21,957 bases of DNA from Nitrospirota bacterium (GTDB taxonomy: Bacteria; UBA2233), in contig WOZJ01000018.1 of the NCBI GenBank assembly GCA_011620345.1, positions 62,001-83,957 on the forward strand, read 5' to 3'. The notes beneath the pieces were generated by a model that saw only the letters and a program-made list of their open reading frames with translations, ran no database searches and was not told the DNA's origin. The position numbers and the translations under genes are program-made. This document shows positions 8,080 through 16,317 of this stretch, one piece after another (position 1 is the first letter of the stretch; every line of letters starts with the position of its first letter).

Positions 8080-8466
8080 ATGCAGGTTGAACCCGGCCGG
8101 TTTTACACCTCCGACCATGAATGGGTAGCGTTTGCAGACGACGGAACCGCTACGGTTGGCATCAGCGATTATGCGCAAGGAAAGCTCGGAGATCTCGTGT
8201 ACATCGAGTTCCTTGCTAGATCTGGACACGTCTCTCGCGGGGACGCCGTCGTCTCGCTCGAGTCCGTCAAGGCGGTTGCGGAGGCCTACGCACCGTTCGA
8301 TGCCGAAGTCTTGGCCGTAAACGAAGAGCTCCCCCAAACCCCCGGTTGGGTCAACGAGGACCCTTACCACAAGGGCTGGATGCTTAAGTTAAGGCCGCTT
8401 TGCCAAGACCCAAAAGCCGGGTTGATGGACGCCAACGATTACGAAGTTTCCCTTAAGGGGCTTTAA
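8080..8466 (+). CDS. gcvH: Glycine cleavage system H protein (lipoyl carrier)
   Basis: YTSDHEW, TVGISDYAQGKLGD, ESVKA lipoyl-lysine motif and VNEDPY..GW. Confidence 0.96.
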   Translation: MQVEPGRFYTSDHEWVAFADDGTATVGISDYAQGKLGDLVYIEFLARSGHVSRGDAVVSLESVKAVAEAYAPFDAEVLAVNEELPQTPGWVNEDPYHKGWMLKLRPLCQDPKAGLMDANDYEVSLKGL

Positions 8467-8469
8467 ACC

Positions 8470-9843
8470 ATGCGAGGATTTGTCCCCCACAATGCCCCAC
8501 AGCTAAGACAAATGCTCCGGGCAATCGGCATTCCGTCCCTAAGGGCGCTCCTGCCGACGCTTCCTGAAGGCGAACCCGTCGAGCATAAGGTCGAGGGCAT
8601 CCCGAAGCCTTTGTCCGAGTGGGAAATCGAGAAAACGCTCGAGGAGCGCTTCTTCCTAGAGCCCCTTCCAAAGACCGTCCTGTTGGGCGCAGGGGCCTAT
8701 TGTCACGCCATTCCGGCAGCCGTCGAGGCGCTTGCCCAAAGGGGAGAGTTCCTCACGAGTTATACCCCATACCAGGCCGAGGCCAGCCAAGGGACACTCA
8801 CTGCGCTTTTTGAGTTCCAGACGTTCATCGCAAGGCTATTTGGCATGGAGATCGCGAATTCTTCCATGTACGACGGCGCCTCATCGCTCGCCGAGGCGGT
8901 ATTGATGGCCTTCAGGGTCACCAAGCGGCACAAAGCCCTCATCAAGGCAACCTTGCACCCAGAATACCGCGAGACACTCAAGACATACGTAGCCCCCCTT
9001 GGCTTTAAGCTGAAAACATTGCCGATTACGCCAAAAGGTGCCAGCGACTTGGCATCGCTCGATGCCGAGCTCGACGACGGCGATCCTGTGGGCGCCGTCG
9101 TGGTCGACTACCCTAGCTTCCTGGGGACGCTCGAAGACTTGGGGCCTTTGGTGGAGCGGGCTCACAAAAAAGGCGCGCTGGTCGTATCGGTCACCTACGA
9201 ACCCACGGCGCTCGGGCTCATCAAGGCCCCCGGCGACTTCGGCGTCGATATCGCGGTTGGCGAAGGACAAGCCTTGGGAAACCCCGTTGCATTCGGGGGG
9301 GCGACGCTTGGGCTCTTTGCAACGAAGGCTTCTTTGGTTCGTCAAATGCCTGGAAGGCTCGTTGGAGAGACGCGCGATGCCAAGGGCCGCCGGGCTTTTT
9401 GCGTCACGTTAGCCACGAGGGAACAGCACATCCGAAGGGAAAAGTCCACTTCGAACATCTGCACCAACCACGCGCATTTTGCCCTCCGAACGAGCATCTA
9501 CCTGGCACTTCTTGGGGCATCCGGAATCCGGAGACTGGCCAAGCAAAACTTCCAACGCGCTCATTACCTAGCCGAACTCATCTTAGAGGAAATCCCGAAC
9601 GCAAGGCTTTTGTTCGACGGTCCGTTCTTCAACGAATTTGCAGCGGCCATCCCAGGCTTGACCGGCGAACGATACCGGGAGCTCTTTAAGGAGGGCATTC
9701 TACTCGGCCTTCCGCTTCGAGACGTCCTCATCAGGGGCCTTGCCCTCCCCAAGGAGAGCTTCCTCATTTGCGCTACGGAAACGCTCAACTATGAGCAGCT
9801 CGAGGAAGCCGTCAAGAAGCTGGCTTGGGCGATAAAGCACTAA
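8470..9843 (+). CDS. gcvPA: Glycine dehydrogenase (decarboxylating) subunit 1
   Basis: LGAGAY.H, FLTSYTPYQAEASQG.L...FEFQ, ANSSMYDG, GEGQ.LG and TREQHIRREK.TSNICTN motifs. Confidence 0.96.
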   Translation: MRGFVPHNAPQLRQMLRAIGIPSLRALLPTLPEGEPVEHKVEGIPKPLSEWEIEKTLEERFFLEPLPKTVLLGAGAYCHAIPAAVEALAQRGEFLTSYTPYQAEASQGTLTALFEFQTFIARLFGMEIANSSMYDGASSLAEAVLMAFRVTKRHKALIKATLHPEYRETLKTYVAPLGFKLKTLPITPKGASDLASLDAELDDGDPVGAVVVDYPSFLGTLEDLGPLVERAHKKGALVVSVTYEPTALGLIKAPGDFGVDIAVGEGQALGNPVAFGGATLGLFATKASLVRQMPGRLVGETRDAKGRRAFCVTLATREQHIRREKSTSNICTNHAHFALRTSIYLALLGASGIRRLAKQNFQRAHYLAELILEEIPNARLLFDGPFFNEFAAAIPGLTGERYRELFKEGILLGLPLRDVLIRGLALPKESFLICATETLNYEQLEEAVKKLAWAIKH

Positions 9844-9853
9844 GGAGCCCGGA

Positions 9854-11335
9854 ATGCAGGAATCCGATCGTAAGGATAGTCTTTTGTTTGAGCTTCCCCC
9901 GCACAGCCCAAACCCGGGGCTTGTGGTTTGCAGGCCTTACCCTAAAGATAGACTGCCTCCATCGATACCAAAAGAGCTCGTCCGGAAAGAGGGTACGCTG
10001 GAGTTTCCCAGTCTCGACGAGCTGAGCGTGGTTCGTCATTTTACAAACCTCTCCCGGAAAAACTTCTCTGTAGATACGCATTTTTACCCCTTGGGATCGT
10101 GTACGATGAAGTACAACCCCAAGGCGATCGAAGTCTTAATCCCCCGGACAAGGCTTTCGAAGATCCATCCTTACATGCCACACGCATTGCTTCAGGGCTT
10201 GCTGCAAACGCTCCAGGAGCTCGAGCACTACCTTATGGCGCTTTCGGGCATGGATGCCGTCAGCCTCCAACCATCTGCGGGCGCTCAGGGCGAGCTTGCC
10301 GGCCTTTTGATCATAAAAGCTTATCTGCAAGCCAGAAACATCCAAAAGACCGTTGTCCTCATCCCAGATACCGCACATGGAACAAACCCCGCGAGTTCCT
10401 CGCTCGCCGGGTTTAAACCCGTCGTAATTCCTTCCGGCCCAAACGGAATTTTGGAGCCTAGCCTACTCGATTCCGCCCCGCTAGGCGACACGGCTGCCCT
10501 CATGATCACGAACCCGAACACGCTCGGGTTGTTCGAAGCACATATGCCGGAAATCGCGGAGAAGCTTCACGCCCAAGGAGCGTTCGTGTACATGGACGGG
10601 GCAAACCTAAACCCTCTTTTGGGCTTTGTCCAACCAAGACGGCTAGGGGCGGATATTGTCCACTTCAACCTCCACAAAACGTTTGGAGCCCCACACGGAG
10701 GAGGAGGCCCTGGCGCCGGACCGATAGGGGTTGTGCAAGAACTCTCCCCTTACCTTCCCATTCCAAGGATAGAGAATGGGGCGGAAGGGCTATCGCTCCA
10801 GCAGGAAAACCCGGAATCGATCGGAAGGCTGCGGGCTTTCTTTGGCAATGTCTCGGTACTGCTCAAGGCTTGGGTTTACATCCGATTGCTCGGCTTGGAC
10901 GGCCTTCGAAACGTCGCCATGACAAGCATTTTAAACGCCAACTACGTGAAAGATCGGCTAAAAGGAACGTACCATCTTCCGTTCGATACCGCCTGCATGC
11001 ACGAATGCGTCTTCTCTGACCGTATCCAGGCCGCCTATGGCATCAAGACGGTGGATATTGCCAAAAGGCTTCTCGATTACGGGTTCCACCCTCCGACGAT
11101 TGCCTTCCCCTTAATCGTGCCAGGAGCGCTCATGATCGAACCAACGGAAACGGAAACGCTCGAAACGATCGAGGCCTTCCTTAGCGCCATGGAAGCCGTC
11201 GCGAAAGAAGCCAAAGAAACCCCAGAGGTCTTAAAGGGCGCCCCCTACACAACCCCCGTATCCAGGGTTGACGAAGTCAGGGCAAACCGTGAGCCGAGGC
11301 TCGTCCACCCTCTTAGTCAGGAGAAGAAGCGATAA
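9854..11335 (+). CDS. gcvPB: Glycine dehydrogenase (decarboxylating) subunit 2
   Basis: RHFTNLS, YPLGSCTMKYNP, AHGTNPAS, TNPNTLG, YMDGANLN, PLP lysine in HFNLHKTF, PHGGGGPG and MIEPTETE motifs. TAAGGAG SD upstream. Confidence 0.96.
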   Translation: MQESDRKDSLLFELPPHSPNPGLVVCRPYPKDRLPPSIPKELVRKEGTLEFPSLDELSVVRHFTNLSRKNFSVDTHFYPLGSCTMKYNPKAIEVLIPRTRLSKIHPYMPHALLQGLLQTLQELEHYLMALSGMDAVSLQPSAGAQGELAGLLIIKAYLQARNIQKTVVLIPDTAHGTNPASSSLAGFKPVVIPSGPNGILEPSLLDSAPLGDTAALMITNPNTLGLFEAHMPEIAEKLHAQGAFVYMDGANLNPLLGFVQPRRLGADIVHFNLHKTFGAPHGGGGPGAGPIGVVQELSPYLPIPRIENGAEGLSLQQENPESIGRLRAFFGNVSVLLKAWVYIRLLGLDGLRNVAMTSILNANYVKDRLKGTYHLPFDTACMHECVFSDRIQAAYGIKTVDIAKRLLDYGFHPPTIAFPLIVPGALMIEPTETETLETIEAFLSAMEAVAKEAKETPEVLKGAPYTTPVSRVDEVRANREPRLVHPLSQEKKR

Positions 11336-12210
11336 AGGACGAATTCAAAAGGCCAGACCAAGAACAGGCGATCCTCCCCAAGGCGTTTTGGGATCGGGTT
11401 AAGCGGGGAGGCCATCCGGATAGCCCGGAGGATCTCGTGGTCGAAAGAGGTGTGCCCGGAGCTTCTCACGACCCGCACCTCCGATACGCTTCCGTCCTTC
11501 TCGACGGCAAAAGCGACGAGGCCCCCCCCAGAGATCCCTTGAAGCGCCATATCTTCCGGGTAGGACATGCACCCTTCCACGGCCCTCTTAATGCTTAAGA
11601 AATACGAGGTGTACTTGAACTCTTTGGTGTTGAGGTTGATAAGTTCCCCCTTTTGGATCGCCTCGTCAAGGTTGGCTGCAGGCTCCCGATTGGCCTTTGT
11701 CAGATCCTCGACAGAAGGGAACGGAGGGACATTCGGCGCGTAAGCCTGCCGATCTTGGCCTATTGCGCCCTTGTCTGGGCTTGGAAGCTTAGGGATGGAA
11801 GCAAGAATGTCGCTTCTTTGTTCGTGAGGAGGCGTCTTTGGAAACGTCTTCGGCGTCTTGTTCTGCGTCTTGGGGCGGGCGGTCTGGCGATGCGCTTTCA
11901 CGGCGGATTTTGGCACCTGAGCAGGAAGCGACAATCCGCCCTCTTTCTTTGTTTCCTGGAGTGCCCTATGCGCCGTTTCGGCAAGATATCGGGCATTCTT
12001 TGGCTCTTCTTGAGGGGTTTTTGGGTGGGGGTTTTGTAGCAGGATTCGGGTCACGTCGGTGCGCTGGGGCGTTTTCTTGGGCTGCCTGCCGATGTCCGGA
12101 ACAGCACGGCTTAGCAAAAGGAGCAAGAGAAGATGGATTAGTGCCGAGGCGAGCAAGAAAGGCTCGGCTCGAAACGGCCTGCTGATGGAGTCTCGTTCGT
12201 TCAAAAACAT
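11317..12210 (-). CDS. TonB-family energy transducer (N-terminal TM anchor, Pro/Lys-rich linker, TonB C-terminal domain)
   Basis: TonB-box-type S-x3-H anchor helix (ASALIHLLLLLLL), low-complexity P/K/Q/T linker, and C-terminal YPE...GISG...F.V..DGSV....V.RSSG...FD......I..ASP..P.P. Confidence 0.85.
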   Translation of the reverse strand: MFLNERDSISRPFRAEPFLLASALIHLLLLLLLSRAVPDIGRQPKKTPQRTDVTRILLQNPHPKTPQEEPKNARYLAETAHRALQETKKEGGLSLPAQVPKSAVKAHRQTARPKTQNKTPKTFPKTPPHEQRSDILASIPKLPSPDKGAIGQDRQAYAPNVPPFPSVEDLTKANREPAANLDEAIQKGELINLNTKEFKYTSYFLSIKRAVEGCMSYPEDMALQGISGGGLVAFAVEKDGSVSEVRVVRSSGHTSFDHEILRAIRMASPLNPIPKRLGEDRLFLVWPFEFVLYRFFS

Positions 12211-12228
12211 AACTTGGAGGAAATTCCC

Positions 12229-12420
12229 ATGAATACGCTGATTGCCGCGCTTACAGCCATCGTTGAACTGCCTGCCGGCCTTTTGCCTGCCCTTAACACG
12301 TTGATTATGTCTTTTTTCGAATCCGGCGGATCCATTCTTGAGAGCATCCCGATGTCTTTGGGGCCCGCAGGAGATATTCGAAGACTATTCGATCCAGCCC
12401 AAACAACAGTGCCATTTTAA
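12229..12420 (+). CDS. Putative small hypothetical protein (63 aa) with a hydrophobic N-terminal half
   Basis: GGAGG SD at 12216-12220, 8 nt before the ATG at 12229; occupies otherwise unexplained space; no recognisable family. Confidence 0.45.
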   Translation: MNTLIAALTAIVELPAGLLPALNTLIMSFFESGGSILESIPMSLGPAGDIRRLFDPAQTTVPF

Positions 12421-12493
12421 CACATCTGGACCGATTGAAGGGATGCCTCCGGCCCCTGCTTGATGTACAAACGCTCCGTGCCGGTTTTCCGGT

Positions 12494-12517
12494 CAAAGGG
12501 CATCCCTTTGTTTTGTT
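12494..12517 (+). terminator. Possible intrinsic terminator after the small ORF
   Basis: CAAAGGG-CAT-CCCTTTG stem-loop (12494-12510) followed by TTTTGTT; it overlaps a competing longer helix (see findings). Confidence 0.4.
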
Positions 12518-12669
12518 GCGCTGAGGGGTATTTCTTTTGCGCTCGATGCTGGGGATCGCCTCGGGATCGCGGGAGAGTCAGCTTCGGGATGTAGATCTGT
12601 TGGTATGCTTGACTTCACCCATGGCATCGGACAAACTGGAACAAAGCCAAGCAAGGAGGAGGAACGATC

Positions 12670-13197
12670 GTGTGGAAAGGAATCGGCAAGGACAAAGAAC
12701 CGGAAAAAGACGAGTCGATTGAGCTGATCGGGATGGAGGAACGGGCCGTTCCTCAGCCTTCTATGCAACCTCAACCTTTTCAATCAGGAATGCCCCATCC
12801 CAAGACCTTTTCTAAAGCGACCCATATCGGGAGTGGGATCGCCTTTCGAGGCGAGGTTACCGGCAAGGAAGACCTTGAGGTCGAAGGCAGGTTTGAAGGC
12901 AAGATCCATCTACCCGGTTGTACCGTTTCCATCGGCAAGGATGGAGAGGTCAACGCAGAAGTAGCCGCCAAAACCGTGAGCATCCATGGCAAGCTCGTGG
13001 GCAACGTGGTTGTCAGCGACAAAGTGGAAATCTTCGAAATGGGCTCGATGGAAGGGGACATCGTTTCTCCTAGGATCCAGATTGCGGACGGCGCCAAGTT
13101 TAAAGGAAGCGTGGATACCCAGCATCCACACAAAGAGGCTCAAACCCAGCCTGGGCAAAAAGAAGGACTCCCCACCGTTTCAAAAAAAGGCCCGTAG
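12670..13197 (+). CDS. Bactofilin (polymer-forming cytoskeletal protein, CcmA/BacA family)
   Basis: Beta-helix core: IG.G....GE..G.EDL.VEGRFEGKI, IGKDGEVNAEV.AK.V.IHGK..GNV, GDI.SPRI.IADGA.FKG. Disordered Pro/Gln-rich termini; strong AAGGAGGAGG SD before the GTG. Confidence 0.93.
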   Translation: MWKGIGKDKEPEKDESIELIGMEERAVPQPSMQPQPFQSGMPHPKTFSKATHIGSGIAFRGEVTGKEDLEVEGRFEGKIHLPGCTVSIGKDGEVNAEVAAKTVSIHGKLVGNVVVSDKVEIFEMGSMEGDIVSPRIQIADGAKFKGSVDTQHPHKEAQTQPGQKEGLPTVSKKGP

Positions 13198-13229
13198 AGT
13201 GTTCCGGGCAACCGTCGTCTTGACCTGAT

Positions 13230-13883
13230 ATGCAAGGAGGTGGCAAGCCTGCCGGGGAGCAGCGTGGCAAGCCTCAGGGCGCGCAAGGCGGAAGGGCATA
13301 TTTTGGCGTTCACGCCCTCAAATCTTTCCTTCAAGGCCTTCAAGCCAAAGGGGAAAAGCCGATCGTTCTCGACCTTAGCCCGGCTTCCAACGCAAACTTA
13401 GAATACTTTCTCCAGTTCGGGCTGAAGGTTTATCTCTATGACATTCTAAGGGAGGTCAGCGAGAAAGAAGAAGGTCTTGGGGATGCCAATGCCAAGGTGA
13501 AAGTTGCCACGTTGGCCATGCGTCTTGTCGAAGCATTTCCCTTTCAGGGGATTCCGTTCGATGGGGTAATCCTATGGAACACGCTCGATTATTTAAGCGA
13601 CCTCGTGTTTCCGATAGTTTTAACGAAGGCGTTGGGTGCCTTAAGGGACAAGGGTCTCCTGTACGCATTTTTTTTCGAAGAAACGGCCCCTCTCGCTTAC
13701 GAGCGCATCCAAATCGCCAACATCAACCAAGTTACGGTCGAACCTCTCCCCGCTCTTTCTGTGAAACGCCTACGCACATTTTCGAATCGAATGATTCAAG
13801 ACCTGTTCGGTGGCCATAAGATCGAAGCCTTCTACATGACACCCAACGGCATTCGGGAGGTATTAGTACGCAAGCATTCATAG
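13230..13883 (+). CDS. Class I SAM-dependent methyltransferase-fold protein with degenerate motif I
   Basis: IVLDLSPAS in the position of the vLDlGcG motif, acidic residue after beta2 (KVYLYD), motif II-like FDGVILWNTLDYL and motif III-like ALRDKGLLYAF. It starts 32 bp after bactofilin on the same strand. Confidence 0.6.
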   Translation: MQGGGKPAGEQRGKPQGAQGGRAYFGVHALKSFLQGLQAKGEKPIVLDLSPASNANLEYFLQFGLKVYLYDILREVSEKEEGLGDANAKVKVATLAMRLVEAFPFQGIPFDGVILWNTLDYLSDLVFPIVLTKALGALRDKGLLYAFFFEETAPLAYERIQIANINQVTVEPLPALSVKRLRTFSNRMIQDLFGGHKIEAFYMTPNGIREVLVRKHS

Positions 13884-14864
13884 CACAGGGGGCAAGGTGC
13901 CGCTCGGTTTTTTTTTACGGTCACCAGGTATTCTTAGCATAAGCCAGCCATAACCCAAGGGTCCGAGGACAATCGTCGTCAAAAGCATGGCTCCACGGTC
14001 CAAAGACGATGCAAGCGCCCCCATCCTCACGTCATAGTCCAGCACTCGCCCCAAACATCCAAGGACGTACTCGGTCAAGCCTGCCCCAAGCGGAGTAATA
14101 CCAAGCATCGTAATCACGTTGGCAAACGGAACAAGCGCCATGCTCCTGCCCCACGGAAGCTCTATGCCTGCAAGGCGAAAGCTTGCCCAGTAGCGAAGCA
14201 CCATCCCAAGCGCATACAGAAGATCGATCAAGATGATCCAGGCGACGATCGAAGGATGTCTAAAGATTGCCTCTAAACCCTCAAAGAAGGAAGTAAAGCG
14301 CCCGGAGAACGGCCTCGAGAGGTAACGTTTCAACGAAATCCAAGCAGCCACTGCCACGACGGCAAGGCCAAGCAAAAAAAGAAGGCCATAGGGCAGCCAG
14401 ACAAAGAACAGAGCCACGACCCCGACAAGGACCAGGTTACCTAGAAAGGAAAGACACCACGTAGCCACGAACAGCCCGCTGTAGGCAAGGAGGGACAACT
14501 CATGAGCACGCTTCATATAGACGGCGACAAGCACCTCCCCCAAGCTGGGAAAAAACTGGTTAAAAAACCTGTTCGTCAACCCTACCGCCACGCTGTCCGT
14601 AATGCCTAGCCGTAACCCAAGCAGCCAGAACGTCGCCTGGTATTTCAGCCCGATCAAGATGCAAGACGATACGATACCCAGGATATCCAGCGTGAGGTAG
14701 GTCCTGTCGAAGCGTACGTTGGCAACAACAAAATCGCGGTGCCGCCATAAAAGACACGCCCCAATCCCGAATACAAGGACCGAACTGAAGGTTTTAAGAA
14801 GAGCCGGCCAACGCTTTGCGCGGTCGGCCTTCTTAGGGCGCACGAACGACGTCGGCAAGAGCAA
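13878..14864 (-). CDS. UPF0104 / lysylphosphatidylglycerol-synthase TM (flippase-like) integral membrane protein; start may be the GTG at 14843
   Basis: About 8 hydrophobic segments, F.N..FPSLGE motif, ITPLGAGLTE (family P.G.G..E motif) and ASSLDR near the C-terminus. Confidence 0.8.
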   Translation of the reverse strand: MLLPTSFVRPKKADRAKRWPALLKTFSSVLVFGIGACLLWRHRDFVVANVRFDRTYLTLDILGIVSSCILIGLKYQATFWLLGLRLGITDSVAVGLTNRFFNQFFPSLGEVLVAVYMKRAHELSLLAYSGLFVATWCLSFLGNLVLVGVVALFFVWLPYGLLFLLGLAVVAVAAWISLKRYLSRPFSGRFTSFFEGLEAIFRHPSIVAWIILIDLLYALGMVLRYWASFRLAGIELPWGRSMALVPFANVITMLGITPLGAGLTEYVLGCLGRVLDYDVRMGALASSLDRGAMLLTTIVLGPLGYGWLMLRIPGDRKKKPSGTLPPVL

Positions 14865-16275
14865 CGACTGGTTTGAACTTTAGAGAGGTTTTATCTCTAG
14901 GAATATCATGAACCACCTCGAGGGTATATTCTATTTCTCCGTCGAGGCGCTTTTGCTCGAGCATGGCCAACAACTCTTTTTCGACACTGAATTTCAGCTG
15001 GTCACCCTGGCCAGGAACAAGCGGTACAATGTAGAGAACGATGGAATTTTCCGAAGTTTGGAGCACTTGGTAGCGTTTGAGCTCTTGAATTTCTTCCAGA
15101 AAATCGTAAAAGCAGAAAGGATGAAGAGGCTCTAGGCTTCCGTCTTTGCGCTTCATCCATACGATATCCATCGTTCGCCCCTCAACGCGGGGAATCTTTC
15201 GAAATTTTAGCCCACACGGGCAAGCATCGTCCCGAATTGTGCTGATCATGTCCGATATTTCATACCGGATGATCGGCTCTACGCGGTTCAAGAGGTTGGT
15301 CAAGAGGACCTTCGACCCGAAGGTTCCTTCTGGAACCGGCTTGCCCTTATCGTCAACCACCTCCAGGATCACGGCATCTTCATGAATATGCATGCCCCTT
15401 TGGGCAAAGCACTCGGAGGCCAAGGCAAGACTCTCGGTCGTCGAGTAGACCTCCATCAAACAGTCGCCAAAGGCCTTGTTAATCACCTGGCGTCCTTTTA
15501 GCGAAAGAGGCTCCCCGCCGCATTTGAGCTCCTTAGGCCGAATATTAAGGTTTCCCCCAAGTTGTTCATAGGCAAGCACTTCCATTATGGCCGAGTAGCC
15601 AACAAGAACGATGGGCTGCGAGGCGTTTAGCGTTTCGACCATTTCGGCAACCGGCATGGTCACGGGCAGAACAACGTTTCTAAGGACCCAGTTTGGAAGG
15701 GCAGAGACGTTGGAAACTGTAGCGTTGTATCGTCCTGTCGTAACGATCGTCGCAATGCAGTAAGGTTTTCGTATAAGAATACGAAAAGCCATCCGGAAAT
15801 AAAAGCCGATTGTTTTCCATTTAAGCGTGGAACGGATTATATTGCACGCTATGCCGTAGAGCGTTGCGGATTTATCATACGCAAAAACGACCGGTTTTCC
15901 CGTTGAACCGGATGTTTTGTACAGCTTGTAACGCCCTAGGTAGAAGCCTAAGACGTCCCCCTCCCCTTGGAGCTCGCGCTCGATTTGCTCCAGCCGAAGG
16001 CGTTTGTCCGTTACGACATGGTCGAAGTTTCGATAAAGCGTGTCTTTTTTCGTAATCGGCAAATCCTCAAGCTTGCAGGAGGAAACGTCGATCCCGCGGT
16101 AAAGGTCCCTGTAAAACGGGCTGTGCCTCACAGCATAGCCAAGAAGCCTCCGCATTTTCTTTTCGCGGTACGCCTCAAGCCGGGCTCCGGAAAGCCTGGA
16201 GTTCCACTTTACTTTAGCCAAATAGTATATAAAGGCTGCTGCTAGCCATACTGCATGCACAAACCTGTTAAGCAC
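14833..16275 (-). CDS. Phenylacetate-CoA ligase / CapK / F390-synthetase-like adenylate-forming enzyme
   Basis: SPFYR..Y, LP...K, P-loop TSGSTGKP, GGEPL, YSTTE, H..ED...LE, LTNL.N...P.IRY...D, CPCG and EGR..D motifs. Confidence 0.85.
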   Translation of the reverse strand: MLNRFVHAVWLAAAFIYYLAKVKWNSRLSGARLEAYREKKMRRLLGYAVRHSPFYRDLYRGIDVSSCKLEDLPITKKDTLYRNFDHVVTDKRLRLEQIERELQGEGDVLGFYLGRYKLYKTSGSTGKPVVFAYDKSATLYGIACNIIRSTLKWKTIGFYFRMAFRILIRKPYCIATIVTTGRYNATVSNVSALPNWVLRNVVLPVTMPVAEMVETLNASQPIVLVGYSAIMEVLAYEQLGGNLNIRPKELKCGGEPLSLKGRQVINKAFGDCLMEVYSTTESLALASECFAQRGMHIHEDAVILEVVDDKGKPVPEGTFGSKVLLTNLLNRVEPIIRYEISDMISTIRDDACPCGLKFRKIPRVEGRTMDIVWMKRKDGSLEPLHPFCFYDFLEEIQELKRYQVLQTSENSIVLYIVPLVPGQGDQLKFSVEKELLAMLEQKRLDGEIEYTLEVVHDIPRDKTSLKFKPVVALADVVRAP

Positions 16276-16317
16276 TCTAAAAACCTGTATAGTTTAGTCG
16301 TGGGTCAAGCACAGTGC

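Noticed and set aside
12440..12506. tRNA or c-di-GMP-I riboswitch (GCCTCCGGCC resembles part of the GEMM P2 stem)
   Set aside because: No T-loop TTCRA or cloverleaf; the GGCAAA/GCAAA and GNRA elements of GEMM are missing. Kept only as an unassigned structure.
12493..12783. 96-aa minus ORF and 61-aa plus ORF (12537-12722) near the bactofilin start
   Set aside because: They overlap bactofilin and its SD, lack a clear RBS and have no recognisable features.
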